Origin: Polyangiaceae bacterium | Lineage (GTDB): Bacteria; Myxococcota_A; Polyangia; Polyangiales; Polyangiaceae | NCBI GenBank assembly: GCA_044222475.1 | Contig: JBGANF010000001.1 | Span: 128,001-192,000, forward strand | DNA length: 64,000 nucleotides | Reading direction: 5' to 3' | Shown: in pieces, positions 51,544-61,570 of the stretch | How the letters are laid out: every line of letters begins with the position of its first letter | How positions within the stretch are numbered: the stretch's first letter is position 1 | Notes under the pieces: generated by a model | The model's database searches: none | The model's input: only the letters and a program-made list of their open reading frames with translations | Told to the model about the DNA's origin: nothing | Made by a program: the position numbers and the translations under genes

Positions 51544-54500
51544 ATGTCTGGCGTCGTGCGCTGGGCAGCGGAGAACGCGCTCGTCGTCGTGCTTCTCACG
51601 TTGTCCATCGTACTGGGCGGCGCGTTCGCCGTGTCGCGGCTGCCGATCGATGCCGTGCCCGACGTCACGAACGTGCAGGTGCAGGTGGTCACGCGCGTTC
51701 CCGCACTCTCGGCGGGCGAAGTCGAAACACAGATCACACAACCGGTCGAACGGACGATGGCCGGCGTTCCGAACTTGAAAGAGATCCGAAGCATCACGAA
51801 GCTCGGTATCTCCGTCGTCACGCTCGTCTTCGCGGATGGCGTCGACGTGTACTTTGCGCGCGCACTCGTGAATGAGCGCCTCACCGCCGTCCGCGATCTC
51901 ATCCCGGCCGAGGTCGGAAAACCGTCGCTTGGTCCGATCTCGACGGGCCTCGGTGAGATCTACATGTTCGAGCTGCGTCCCACGCTCGACGGTGCACGCT
52001 CCAACGAAGAGATTCGGACGATCCTCGATTGGCAGGTCGCTCCACGGCTTCGCCAAGTGCCCGGGGTGATCGACGTCGTACCGTTCGGCGGATCGGTGAA
52101 GCAATATCGTGTCATCCTCGACCCCGAGCGCTTGCGCGCGAGCTCCGTGTCGGTGGACGAGGTCAAGGCGGCGCTCCAGCAAGACAACGCGGTCACGGGC
52201 GGCGGCTACATCGAGCGCGATGGCGAGGCGGTTGCAATCCGTGGCGACGCTCGTTTCCGCAGCCTGGAGGACATCGGCGAGACCGTGGTGCGGATCGACG
52301 ATCGCGGAGCGCCCATCACGGTATCCCAGCTCGGCGAAGTCGACACCGGACCCGCGCTTCGCACGGGCGCGATGACGCGCGATGGACGAGGCGAGATCGT
52401 CGGCGCGAGCGTGTGGATGCTCAAGGACTCGAACAGCCGCAAGGTCGTCGCCGACGTCAAGCTCGCGCTCGAAGAGATCAAGCCGCGACTCCCGGAGAAC
52501 CTGATCGTCGACCCCTACTACGATCGCGCCGAGTTCATCGATCGCGTCGTGGGGACCGTGCTGCACAACCTCGTCGAAGGAGCGGTGCTCGTCGTGGTCT
52601 GTCTTCTGCTCACGTTGGGGAGCATTCGCGCGGGGTTGATCGTGGCGGGCGCGATCCCGTTCGCGATGCTCGTCGCGATGATCGGTCTCAACGCGATCGG
52701 CATGAGCGGCAACGTCATGTCGCTCGGATCGATCGACTTCGGCATCGTCGTCGAGGGGGCGGTCGTCGTCGTGGAGCATGCGTTGACGCACATGGGTCCG
52801 GACGGGAGTCGCCGGCGGCGCAAGGAAGCGCTCGTCAACGCGATGTCCGGGGTCGCGCGGCCCGTGGTCTTCAGCGTCGTCATCGTGACGTTGGTCTTCC
52901 TCCCGCTCGTCACGCTCGAAGACGTGGAAGGGAAGATGTTCCGCCCGGTCGTCTTCTCGCTCGTCTTCATGCTCATCGGAGCTCTCTTCTATGCTCTCGT
53001 CGTGATCCCCGCCGTCACCCCGATCGCGTTCCTGAAGACGGCCAAACCCACGACGCCGATCAGCGTGCGGGCGATGGAACGCATCTACCGCCCGACGCTG
53101 GATCTCGTGCTCCGTCGACCGTGGCTCACGATCGGCACCGCGTACGTCGGCGCAGCGCTGTTGCTCGCGGTCGCGAGCACGATCGGCGCTGAATTTCTTC
53201 CGCGCATCTTCGAGGGAGCGATCGCAGTCGATGCGCGTCGGCCACCGAGCGTCAGCTTGTCGAACGCGATCTCCATGGGTGCGGAGACGGAGCGCGCGGC
53301 AAAGGAGGTGCCCGAGGTCGTCACCGTGATCGACCGCATCGGACGCCCGGAGGGATCGATCGATCCCGCGAGCTTCGAGTCGACCGATCTCTTCATCATC
53401 CTGAAGCCGCAGAGCGAATGGCGCAGCGGCATGACGCCGGACAAGCTCGTGGCCGAGATTGACGCCAAGCTCGACGCGCGGGTGCCGGCGACGAGCCATG
53501 CGTTCTCGCAGCCGATCGAGATGCGCGTCAACGAGCTCGTCGCTGGTGTGAAGAGCGATCTCGCCATCAAGGTATTCGGTTACGACCTCGAGGCGATGAC
53601 GGACGTGGCGGCGCAGCTCAAGAAGGTGATCGAGACGGTGCCCGGCGCGGCCGACGTGAAGATGGAGATCGCGACCGGCCTTCCCTCCGTGCGCGTCTCG
53701 GTGCAGCGCAATCACGCGGGCCGGCTCGCGGTCGCGCCGCGCAGCGTGCTCGATCTCGTCGAGATGTCGCGCGCGGGAATGACGATCGGCCAGGTGCGCG
53801 AGAAGGAGCGCGTGTTCGACCTCGTGATGAAACTCGGGAGCGCGAGCATGGACGAGACCACCGATCTGGCTCGGCTCCCCGTGACGACGAAGCAAGGCGG
53901 AGTCGTTCCGCTCTCTGCCGTTGCCGACGTGAAACGGGAGAACACGGTGGTTCAGATCAGCCGCGAGCGCATGAAGCGACGACTGGTTGTGGAGTGCAAC
54001 ATACGCGGTCGAGATCTCGTCGGCTTCGTTACCGAAGCGCAGCACCGCGTCGACGCCGAGGTCAAGCCGACCGCGGGGCTCGAGGTCGTGTGGGGCGGGC
54101 AGTTCCAGAATTTCAATCGGGCCAAGACGCGCCTCACGATCCTCGTACCGGTCGCGCTCGTCATCATCGCGGTGCTCCTCGTGATGACCTTCCGCTCCGT
54201 CCGCTACATGGCGGTGACGCTACTGAATCTTCCGTTCGCCGTCGCGGGAGGCGCGTTTGCGCTCTGGGCGCGTGGGTTGCCGTTCAGCATCCCTGCAGGC
54301 GTGGGGTTCATCGCGCTCTCGGGCGTCGCCGTCATGACGGGAGTGGTGATGACGACGAATCTCATGGCGATCCCCAAATCGGTCAACGCGGTCGAGCGCG
54401 TGCGCCGCGCGGCGATGCAATCGCTTCGACCCGTCGCGTCCACCGCGTTGGTCGCCGCGATCGGCTTCGTGCCAATGGCGATCGCCACCGGGCCCGGCGC

Positions 54501-54672
54501 CGAGGTGCAGCGGCCGCTCGCGACCGTCGTCATTTTCGGTCTCGTGGCCGCGGCGATGTTCTCGTTGCCGGCGTTGCCGGCGCTGCTCTGGGTGGTGGCG
54601 CGGAAGGAAGGAGAAGACGTCGCCGCCGAAGCCAGCTCCACGGAGCGCCCTGAGCCCCCCCCATCCGCGTGA
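51544..54672 (+). CDS. CusA/CzcA family heavy-metal RND efflux transporter
   Basis: LPIDAVPDVTNVQVQV, GPISTGLGEIY, NVMSLGSIDFG, EGKMFRP, FSQPIEMR, GAEVQRPLATVVI. Confidence 0.95.
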   Translation: MSGVVRWAAENALVVVLLTLSIVLGGAFAVSRLPIDAVPDVTNVQVQVVTRVPALSAGEVETQITQPVERTMAGVPNLKEIRSITKLGISVVTLVFADGVDVYFARALVNERLTAVRDLIPAEVGKPSLGPISTGLGEIYMFELRPTLDGARSNEEIRTILDWQVAPRLRQVPGVIDVVPFGGSVKQYRVILDPERLRASSVSVDEVKAALQQDNAVTGGGYIERDGEAVAIRGDARFRSLEDIGETVVRIDDRGAPITVSQLGEVDTGPALRTGAMTRDGRGEIVGASVWMLKDSNSRKVVADVKLALEEIKPRLPENLIVDPYYDRAEFIDRVVGTVLHNLVEGAVLVVVCLLLTLGSIRAGLIVAGAIPFAMLVAMIGLNAIGMSGNVMSLGSIDFGIVVEGAVVVVEHALTHMGPDGSRRRRKEALVNAMSGVARPVVFSVVIVTLVFLPLVTLEDVEGKMFRPVVFSLVFMLIGALFYALVVIPAVTPIAFLKTAKPTTPISVRAMERIYRPTLDLVLRRPWLTIGTAYVGAALLLAVASTIGAEFLPRIFEGAIAVDARRPPSVSLSNAISMGAETERAAKEVPEVVTVIDRIGRPEGSIDPASFESTDLFIILKPQSEWRSGMTPDKLVAEIDAKLDARVPATSHAFSQPIEMRVNELVAGVKSDLAIKVFGYDLEAMTDVAAQLKKVIETVPGAADVKMEIATGLPSVRVSVQRNHAGRLAVAPRSVLDLVEMSRAGMTIGQVREKERVFDLVMKLGSASMDETTDLARLPVTTKQGGVVPLSAVADVKRENTVVQISRERMKRRLVVECNIRGRDLVGFVTEAQHRVDAEVKPTAGLEVVWGGQFQNFNRAKTRLTILVPVALVIIAVLLVMTFRSVRYMAVTLLNLPFAVAGGAFALWARGLPFSIPAGVGFIALSGVAVMTGVVMTTNLMAIPKSVNAVERVRRAAMQSLRPVASTALVAAIGFVPMAIATGPGAEVQRPLATVVIFGLVAAAMFSLPALPALLWVVARKEGEDVAAEASSTERPEPPPSA

Positions 54673-54999
54673 TGCGCTCGCCGAGCGCGTTCGTTCTCCC
54701 GCTCGCGTCTTGGCTGCCGCGCGCGGGGCGGGCCGAATCAGGGGCCGCGAGAAGCGCCCGATGCTCCGCCCGCGAGGAGGCCCGCCCCGACGCGCACGAC
54801 GTAGCGGTTCATCTCGGTCCGAGCTTCGTCATGGTCCACGGACAGTGCCGTGCCCAGGATCTCTCGAACACCACTCGAAAGGAGAATCTCGTGCGTCGTG
54901 TCGTGGTCGCTCTAGCACTCGTTCGGCGCAGCGAGCGTCGCGTTGGGCCAGCCGTGTGACGTGGCTGCCCCCGCCAGCGAACCGAGGTACGCTGGTGTG

Positions 55000-56271
55000 A
55001 TGAAGCGGCTCGCATCGCTCGGCTGTGTCGCGTTCGTGATCGCGGCATGCGGATCACGCACCGGGCTGGACGAGTCCGCGCGCGCCGGGCAACTCTGCGG
55101 CAACGGCAAGATCGACTCCGGCGAGGCCTGCGACGACGGCAACACGGTCGACACCGACGCGTGTCGCGCCAACTGCACCCGCTCGATCTGCGGAGACGGC
55201 GTCGTGTGGGTCGGCGTCGAGACCTGCGACGACGGCAACACGGTCGACGGCGACGCGTGCCCGGCGAACTGCGGCCCGAAGACCTGCGGCGACGGCGTCG
55301 TGCAACCGCCGGAGGCCTGCGACGACGGCAACAAGGATCAGACCGACGACTGCCTCTCGAGCTGCGCGAAGCCGTACTGCGGCGACGCCTTCGTCCACCA
55401 GGGCGTCGAGACCTGCGACGACGGCAACACGATCTCCACCGACGACTGCGTGTCGTGCAAGGCACCCCGCTGCGGCGACGGCTTCACCTGGGCCGGGCAC
55501 GAGCAGTGCGACGACGGAAACCTGATCGACGACGACGGGTGCCAGAACGACTGCAAGCTCCCCGTCTGCGGCGACGGTCGGCGCGCGGGCAGCGAAGAGT
55601 GCGACCAAGGCTCGTCCAACACCGATCGCCCCGCGTTCGAGGTCTCGCAGCCGACGACCGCCCCCTTCGGGACCAACGCGCTCGTGCGCAAGCAGTCGGC
55701 CACTGCATTCTACAACTACTACTCGGCGAGCTCGCACACTGGCTTCGAAGCCCCTACCGAGAGCCGCACGTACATGTACATCGACGGCAACACCGGCCGC
55801 CTGTCGCTCTTCGTGACCCACGGCCAGGACGGAAACCAGCCCTCGTCCCAGGTGAACATGACGATCACCGGGATCCCGCCCGGGTTCGCGATCGACATCG
55901 CCGACGACAACCCCGGCGAGTTCTTCGCCACCGGCCCTTCCTCGGCTCAGGGGAAGTGGAACTTCGACGCCAACAGCGACGGCGGGGTCATCGGCGGGCT
56001 CCCCTTCCCCGGCACGTGGAAGATCGTGATCACCCCGAGCTTCGTCAAGGGCATCAGCTCGTGGGGCTTCGTGAAGGCCGACCTCACGCGCGTGCAGCTC
56101 AAGGTCGTCGAGCCGGTGACCATCCAGGCCTACGACTCGGCCGGCACGTGCCGAAAGAACTGCACCATCCCGCGGTGCGGCGACGGCGTGCTCGACGGCG
56201 GCGAGATCTGCGACGACGGGAACGTAGTGGGCGGGGACGGCTGCGCCGCGAACTGCCTCAGCCTGAAGTGA
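55000..56271 (+). CDS. Lipoprotein with Myxococcus cysteine-rich repeats (DUF4215)
   Basis: Lipobox [10 protein letters not shown]; about eight CGDG..E.CDDGN..D.C repeats around a central beta domain. Confidence 0.9.
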   Translation: MKRLASLGCVAFVIAACGSRTGLDESARAGQLCGNGKIDSGEACDDGNTVDTDACRANCTRSICGDGVVWVGVETCDDGNTVDGDACPANCGPKTCGDGVVQPPEACDDGNKDQTDDCLSSCAKPYCGDAFVHQGVETCDDGNTISTDDCVSCKAPRCGDGFTWAGHEQCDDGNLIDDDGCQNDCKLPVCGDGRRAGSEECDQGSSNTDRPAFEVSQPTTAPFGTNALVRKQSATAFYNYYSASSHTGFEAPTESRTYMYIDGNTGRLSLFVTHGQDGNQPSSQVNMTITGIPPGFAIDIADDNPGEFFATGPSSAQGKWNFDANSDGGVIGGLPFPGTWKIVITPSFVKGISSWGFVKADLTRVQLKVVEPVTIQAYDSAGTCRKNCTIPRCGDGVLDGGEICDDGNVVGGDGCAANCLSLK

Positions 56272-56344
56272 CGGTGACTCGACACTTCATGTCGAAATAT
56301 CCACATGTCGCTCGAGTGGTCGCGGGCGCATGCTTGGGTCAGAG

Positions 56345-56593
56345 ATGCAACGATTCGACCCAGAGGCCGTCGACCTCCGAGTCCTCGCGCAGAAGCTCGC
56401 GAGCGACCTGGGGTCGGTGGTGACCGGCGCCGTCGTCGGCCGCACCCGCTTGCGCGACGCGGTGGTGCGCGACCTCGCATGCTCCCTCCTCGAGGCCGAG
56501 CAGGTCGTGGATACGATGGTGGGCCGGGGGTTCTTGCGTATGGAGGAGCCGGCAAGCGGACTGATTTGGTGGCGAATCGTGTCCGATCCCTAG
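56345..56593 (+). CDS. Small hypothetical protein
   Basis: GRTRLRDAVVRDLACSLLEAEQVVDTM; plausible wHTH-like myxobacterial small protein. Confidence 0.6.
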   Translation: MQRFDPEAVDLRVLAQKLASDLGSVVTGAVVGRTRLRDAVVRDLACSLLEAEQVVDTMVGRGFLRMEEPASGLIWWRIVSDP

Positions 56594-56633
56594 GTATCCG
56601 ACGCGGAAGGGAGTTTTTTTTCATCGACGAGCC

Positions 56634-56660
56634 GAACATTTTTCCTCGACCGGTTTCTAC
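56634..56660 (+). promoter_or_regulatory. Putative ECF sigma promoter (autoregulatory)
   Basis: GAACAT-N16-TCTAC, similar to the sigmaE-type GAACTT-N16-TCT layout, ~20 nt before the operon containing the ECF sigma. Confidence 0.45.
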
Positions 56661-56681
56661 TGAGGGAAAGGTTGGTGCTCG

Positions 56682-57044
56682 ATGTGGAAGAACTTCTTCG
56701 AAAACGGTGGGTTCGGGATGTACCCGGTGTCGCTCTTCGGCTTGTTCCTGATCGCGTCGGCGATCCTCTACGTGATGAGGCCGCAGCAGAAGACCGCCCG
56801 GCTGGCGATGCTCTTCGGGGGGCTCACGTTTGCGGCGGGGCTCCTCGGCGCGGTCGTGGGGATGTGCAACACCTTCCACTACCTCCCCCAAGTGGCCCAC
56901 GCCGATCAGCTCGAGATCGCGGCGCTGGGATGCGAGGAGTCGCTCCACAACGTCGTGCTCGCGTTGATGCTCGTCGTGCTGGGCGGGTTGATCGCCAGCG
57001 TCGGCACCCAGCGCCAACGCGACGCAGCCCCTCTGGCCTCGTGA
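56682..57044 (+). CDS. Small MotA/TolQ/ExbB-like membrane protein
   Basis: GGFGMYP, GLLGAVVGMCNTF, ALGCEESL; three TM helices. Confidence 0.7.
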   Translation: MWKNFFENGGFGMYPVSLFGLFLIASAILYVMRPQQKTARLAMLFGGLTFAAGLLGAVVGMCNTFHYLPQVAHADQLEIAALGCEESLHNVVLALMLVVLGGLIASVGTQRQRDAAPLAS

Positions 57045-57051
57045 GCGAAGG

Positions 57052-57570
57052 ATGGACTCGGACGAATCGCTGTTCGAGCGGCTCCTCGCCGGAGACATGG
57101 CCGCGTTCGATCGTCTCTACGAGCGGTACGAGCGCCCGCTCTTCGGGTTCGTCCGGCTGCGCGTCGGTGACGCCGAGGCGGAGGACGTCCTCCACGAGGC
57201 CTTCATGGCCGTCCTCCGAGAGCGCGAGCGACGGAGCGAAGTCCGGAGCTTTCGGGCGTGGCTCTACCAGGTCGCGAACAACCTCTGCCGGAACCGGTCG
57301 CGCTCGCAGAAGCGGGCCGCAGCCGCGCGGGTCGACGTCGCCGACGTCGCCGAACCGGGAGCGGACGCCGCACTCGACGAGCACCAGCGGACCGAGCGCT
57401 TGCGGCGCGCCGTCGCGCGCCTGCCGCAGCCGCTCGCGGAGGTCTACCGCCTCCGCGCCGCCGGGATGTCGTACGACGAGCTCGCGACGGCGCTCGACGT
57501 CCCGCTCGGGACGGTCAAGTCGCGCATGCACGAGATGGTGAAATGGCTTCGAGAGGAGATCGCCCGATGA
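57052..57570 (+). CDS. ECF RNA polymerase sigma factor
   Basis: GDMAAFDRLYERY, AEDVLHEAF, FRAWLYQVANN, MSYDELA..VPLGTVKSRM. Confidence 0.93.
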   Translation: MDSDESLFERLLAGDMAAFDRLYERYERPLFGFVRLRVGDAEAEDVLHEAFMAVLRERERRSEVRSFRAWLYQVANNLCRNRSRSQKRAAAARVDVADVAEPGADAALDEHQRTERLRRAVARLPQPLAEVYRLRAAGMSYDELATALDVPLGTVKSRMHEMVKWLREEIAR

Positions 57571-57938
57571 GCTGCACCGAGACCGAGCCCGAGCTCGTCG
57601 CGTACCATTTTGGGACACTGGATGACGCTACGCGCGCCCGGGTCGAAGATCACCTCGTAGGCTGTGCATCCTGCGTCCGGGCCTTCGTCGAGCTGAAGCG
57701 GGCCATCGAGATCGAGCCGCTCGACGCTGGTGCGGTCCCGTCGAAGAGCGCCCGAGCGCGGCTTCGACGCGCCGTCGCGAACGAGCTCGGCATCGACACC
57801 CCGCGCCGCTGGTGGGAACGCCCGATCGCGTTCGCCCTCGCCGCGTCGGTCGTGCTCGCTGCCGGAGCGGCGACGCGCGTGATCACGTCGGGTCCTGGGT
57901 CGCCTCCCAATGGGCTGAGCGCGGGCTCGGGGAAGTGA
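57567..57938 (+). CDS. Zinc-binding anti-sigma factor (zf-HC2)
   Basis: HLVGCASC (HxxxCxxC), single TM, ATGA overlap with the sigma gene. Confidence 0.88.
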   Translation: MSCTETEPELVAYHFGTLDDATRARVEDHLVGCASCVRAFVELKRAIEIEPLDAGAVPSKSARARLRRAVANELGIDTPRRWWERPIAFALAASVVLAAGAATRVITSGPGSPPNGLSAGSGK

Positions 57939-57941
57939 CGT

Positions 57942-59387
57942 TCAGCGCGGCAGAGTCGTGACTTCGACGGGCGCGTTCGAGTTGGCGGTGCCCGCACCGA
58001 GCTGACCCTTGTCGTTGAGGCCCCAGCACCACACCGTGCCGTCGGTCTTGAGCGCGCAGAAGTGATTCGCACCTGCCGAGATCTCGGCGACGCTCGAGAG
58101 CGTGGTGATCTGGGTCGGCACGGGCGAAGGCGCAGGGTCGTTGGTGCCGCGACCGAGTTGCCCTTTGTCGTTCCCGCCCCAGCACCACACGGTGCCGTCG
58201 ATCTTGAGCGCACAGACGGTGACGTCACCCACCGCCAACATCTTGGCCCCCAAGATGCCCGGCACCGCGACGGGATGATCGACGCAGCGCGGCTTGCCCT
58301 GGCTGAACGTGCAATCGATCGAGCAGCAGGGATCCACGGAACCGCCGTCGGGCGCCGCAGGGAGGTGGCCGATCATGCCCGTCTCGTTGTTGCCCCAACA
58401 TTGGACGCTGCCGTCGGAGGCTACGATCGCGCAGAGCGTGCTCTGCCCCGCGGCGATGAAGGTGGACGGTGGGGCGGGGACGACGAAGACCTTGCCACCG
58501 CACTGGAAACCGCAGGCGGTGCCGTGGAGGCTGTTCCCCAGCTCGCCCGTGCGGCCTCCACCCCAGCACCGGATGGTGCCGTTCGCCGCGAGCGAGCACG
58601 AGGTCGCTCCGCCCACGGCGACCTGCACCGCGAGCTCGTTGAGGGCGCGGGTCGCGCCGCGGCACGAGTCGCCGTTGCCGCAGGTCGACGGGGCGCCGGC
58701 GTCGAGCACCGTCACCTGGTTGCTGTTGTCGAGCCCCCAGCAGAACACCGCGCCGGCGTCGTTCACGCCGCAGGTGTGGTTCGCTTCCGGCCCGTGGCCG
58801 ATGCTCGTCAACCCGAGCTCCGTGGTGAAGTTCGTCTTCACGGTGAACCCCGGGACTGGGCTCGCTGCGTCTGGCGCAGTGAAGCCGGCGCCAAGCTGGC
58901 CGAACACGCCGTTGCCCCAACACGACACGGTGTTGTCGGGACGGAGCCCGCACGAGTGCAGTGCGCCGGCGGCGAAGTCGCGGGCCGAAAACGTGTTCGA
59001 CTGGCGGTCTCGCGGGATCGACGTCGGAGGTGCAGTCGCCGAGGCGTCGGCCCCGGATTGACCGAAGGCGTTCGCACCCCAGCAATACACGGCGCCATTC
59101 TTCATCGTGACGCAGTTGTGGTTGCCGCCCGCCACGAGCTTCACGACCTGGCTGTCGCACACTCCCTGCGTGCACCCGAAGCCGGCCGCGCACACCTTGC
59201 CGCACGCCCCGCAGTTCTTCGGATCGGTCGCGGTGTTGCCGCAGCTCGTGTCGCCACCGCCATCCGTCGTGCTGCCCTCCGTGCCGGCGTCGGACGGCAC
59301 GGCTGGGCTGTCTCCGACGCACGCCGCGATGGCGCCGACGGCGCAAGTGACCAGGGCGAAGATCCCGATGAGAGCTCGAGCGCGCAT
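57942..59387 (-). CDS. RCC1-repeat lipoprotein with N-terminal Stigma1-like Cys motif
   Basis: Lipobox IAAC; DPKNCGACGKVC; repeated AG..H.C....G.V.CWG.N..GQLG. Confidence 0.9.
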   Translation of the reverse strand: MRARALIGIFALVTCAVGAIAACVGDSPAVPSDAGTEGSTTDGGGDTSCGNTATDPKNCGACGKVCAAGFGCTQGVCDSQVVKLVAGGNHNCVTMKNGAVYCWGANAFGQSGADASATAPPTSIPRDRQSNTFSARDFAAGALHSCGLRPDNTVSCWGNGVFGQLGAGFTAPDAASPVPGFTVKTNFTTELGLTSIGHGPEANHTCGVNDAGAVFCWGLDNSNQVTVLDAGAPSTCGNGDSCRGATRALNELAVQVAVGGATSCSLAANGTIRCWGGGRTGELGNSLHGTACGFQCGGKVFVVPAPPSTFIAAGQSTLCAIVASDGSVQCWGNNETGMIGHLPAAPDGGSVDPCCSIDCTFSQGKPRCVDHPVAVPGILGAKMLAVGDVTVCALKIDGTVWCWGGNDKGQLGRGTNDPAPSPVPTQITTLSSVAEISAGANHFCALKTDGTVWCWGLNDKGQLGAGTANSNAPVEVTTLPR

Positions 59388-59423
59388 CCCGCGAGCGTAG
59401 CATTTTCGCGTACACTGTACGGG

Positions 59424-61484
59424 TTGGCTCCCCACGTCGCCCTCGTGTACCCGCCGGCGTGCGATCCGACGGCACCCTACCTCGCAGTCCCGATGCTCGC
59501 GGGGTTCCTGCGCGCTCATGGCGTGACGGTGACGCCGATCGACGCGAACCTCGAGGCGTTCGACGCCATCCTCGACGGCCGCGCGATGACCGCCCTCGCG
59601 CGCCGCCTCGAGCGCAGCATCGACGTGCTCGAAGGCAGGAAGCGACTCGGGCACTCGGAGCAGCTGCGCTACCTCACGCTCCTCCGGGCACGCGGGGATG
59701 CCCGGCTCGCCGCCCGCGACGTCGACGACGCCAAGGCCGTCCTTCGCGACGAGTCACGGTTCTTCGATCCCGTCGCGTACGACGCCGCGACTCGGGTCGT
59801 CGACGCGGCCCTCCGCGTGGTGTCGGCGGTCCACTTCCCGACCCACGTCGACTTCACCGCCTACCGCACGCCGTTCGGGATGCTCTCGCACGAGGAGATT
59901 CGGCGGGCCTCCGGCGTGGAGGAAGACCCGTTCGACGACTACGTGCACACGACGCTCGTCCCCCGACTCCGCGAGGCGCACGCGGACGTCATCGGGATCT
60001 CGGTGTGCTTCCCGGGGCAGCTCCAACCCGCGTATGCGTTCGGCTGGAAGATCAAAGCGGCGCTCCCCGACACGCACCTGACGATCGGCGGCCCGGGCGT
60101 GACGCAGATGTTGATCCGCCTGGAAGGCACCGCGCTCGCCGAAGCGCTCGGCCCGTTCGACTCGGCGGTCGTCTACGAGGGCGAGCGTCCGCTCCTGGCT
60201 CTCGCCGAGCACGTGGCCGAGAGAAAGTCGCTTCGCGCGCTCACCAACGTCGTCCTCCGCGATCCGCTGCGAGGCGCGCGGTTCCTCGCCGGCCACGGGA
60301 TGGAAGATCTGCGGACGCTCCCGGCCCCCGATTTCGACGGCCTCCCGATCGAGCGCTACCTGTCGCCGCGCGTCACGCTTCCCTACGATCCGACGCGCGG
60401 CTGCTACTGGGGCAAGTGCACGTTCTGCCACTATGGCCTCGCCGAGGTCGGGACGGCGTCGTACCGCGAGCGCAACGTCGCCGACGTGGTCGCCCACCTC
60501 CGCGCGCTGTCGGAGAAGCACCGGACGAAGCACTTCTACTTGTCGCAGGACTCGGTCGCGCCGAAGACCATCGTCAAGCTCGCGCAGGCCATCGCCGACG
60601 CGGGGCTCGACGTGCGGTGGGGCACCGACCTCAAGGCGGAGAAATACCTCACCGCCGAGCGCGCCGAGGTCCTTCGCCGCGGCGGAGCGATCGCGTGCGC
60701 CATCGGGGTCGAGACCGCCAACGACCGCGTGCTCGATCTGATCGACAAGGGCGCGCCGGTGTCGGTCGTGACCGACGCCGCGGTCAGGCTGGACCGAGCC
60801 GGCGTCGCCGCCGAGGCGATGCTCTTCACCGACTTCCCGACGGAGTCCGCCGACGAGGCGATGGACACTCTCCGTTGGATTGCAGAATACAAGGAAACCC
60901 TGGCGGTCTACATCGTCGGCGAGTTCGGACTCACCCACGGGGCGCTCGTCGCCCACGACCCGAAGAAGTTCGGCATCGCGGACCTGTGGCAACTCGCGGG
61001 CGATCGGTTCGGACTCTCGCTCTTCTTCGAGCCCAAGAAGCCGTGGAAGACCGACGCCGAGCGCGAGACGCTGAACGCGGCGCTCCGAGAGCTCTCCCGC
61101 GGGTGGACGCTGCGCACCTACCCCTGGGCCGGGGCGGTCTCCACCGCGCACACCCTCCTCTACTACGACCGCCTCGGGCGGGACTGCTTCAAGCGCCTCG
61201 CCGAGCGGCGAGCATACGCCGGGGACCTCGGGAAGCCGTTCACCGCCGACGTCGCGTTCGACCCGGCAGCGCTGGCTCGCGCCGAGCTCGCCGAGCTCGA
61301 GATCTGGCACACGCTGGTTCACGAGGAGCGGGCGGTGTCGCGTGCGCGCTACGAGGAGCTCGCGGCGAGGCTTCCGTCGATTCGTCCCAAGTTGGTACCG
61401 GTGCGCTTCGCCGCCGAGGCCCTGCCGGAGCGCGCCCAGCCACCTGGACGCCGGCCGTCCCACGCTCACAACGCGACAAAATAG
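59424..61484 (+). CDS. Cobalamin-dependent radical SAM protein 1
   Basis: VYPP..PYLAVPMLAGFLR B12-domain start, IGISV, YEGE, RGCYWGKCTFC (CX4CX2C). TTG 59424 supported by TACACT 7 nt upstream. Confidence 0.9.
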   Translation: MAPHVALVYPPACDPTAPYLAVPMLAGFLRAHGVTVTPIDANLEAFDAILDGRAMTALARRLERSIDVLEGRKRLGHSEQLRYLTLLRARGDARLAARDVDDAKAVLRDESRFFDPVAYDAATRVVDAALRVVSAVHFPTHVDFTAYRTPFGMLSHEEIRRASGVEEDPFDDYVHTTLVPRLREAHADVIGISVCFPGQLQPAYAFGWKIKAALPDTHLTIGGPGVTQMLIRLEGTALAEALGPFDSAVVYEGERPLLALAEHVAERKSLRALTNVVLRDPLRGARFLAGHGMEDLRTLPAPDFDGLPIERYLSPRVTLPYDPTRGCYWGKCTFCHYGLAEVGTASYRERNVADVVAHLRALSEKHRTKHFYLSQDSVAPKTIVKLAQAIADAGLDVRWGTDLKAEKYLTAERAEVLRRGGAIACAIGVETANDRVLDLIDKGAPVSVVTDAAVRLDRAGVAAEAMLFTDFPTESADEAMDTLRWIAEYKETLAVYIVGEFGLTHGALVAHDPKKFGIADLWQLAGDRFGLSLFFEPKKPWKTDAERETLNAALRELSRGWTLRTYPWAGAVSTAHTLLYYDRLGRDCFKRLAERRAYAGDLGKPFTADVAFDPAALARAELAELEIWHTLVHEERAVSRARYEELAARLPSIRPKLVPVRFAAEALPERAQPPGRRPSHAHNATK

Positions 61485-61570
61485 CCCACCGGCGACGCTG
61501 GAAACTTTGACGGAAGTCGGCGACGCTGGCCGTTGGTCTCGGGGCCCTCGAACACTCTGGGAGGAAGTTC

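Larger units (their letters stand above)
32266..54960. mobile_element. Putative genomic island (osmotic/pH/metal stress); no integrase or att site seen
   Basis: More A/T at third codon positions than the flanks, coherent stress gene content, gene remnants at 51310-51460 and ~54890-54960; boundaries approximate. Confidence 0.55.

Noticed and set aside
54669..54959. 96-aa ORF after the RND gene
   Set aside because: No recognisable motifs; looks like island-edge debris containing a truncated signal-peptide stub.
58062..59423. N-terminal 454-aa extension of the radical SAM ORF
   Set aside because: Overlaps the RCC1 gene on the other strand; the B12 domain and a -10 box place the start at ~59424.
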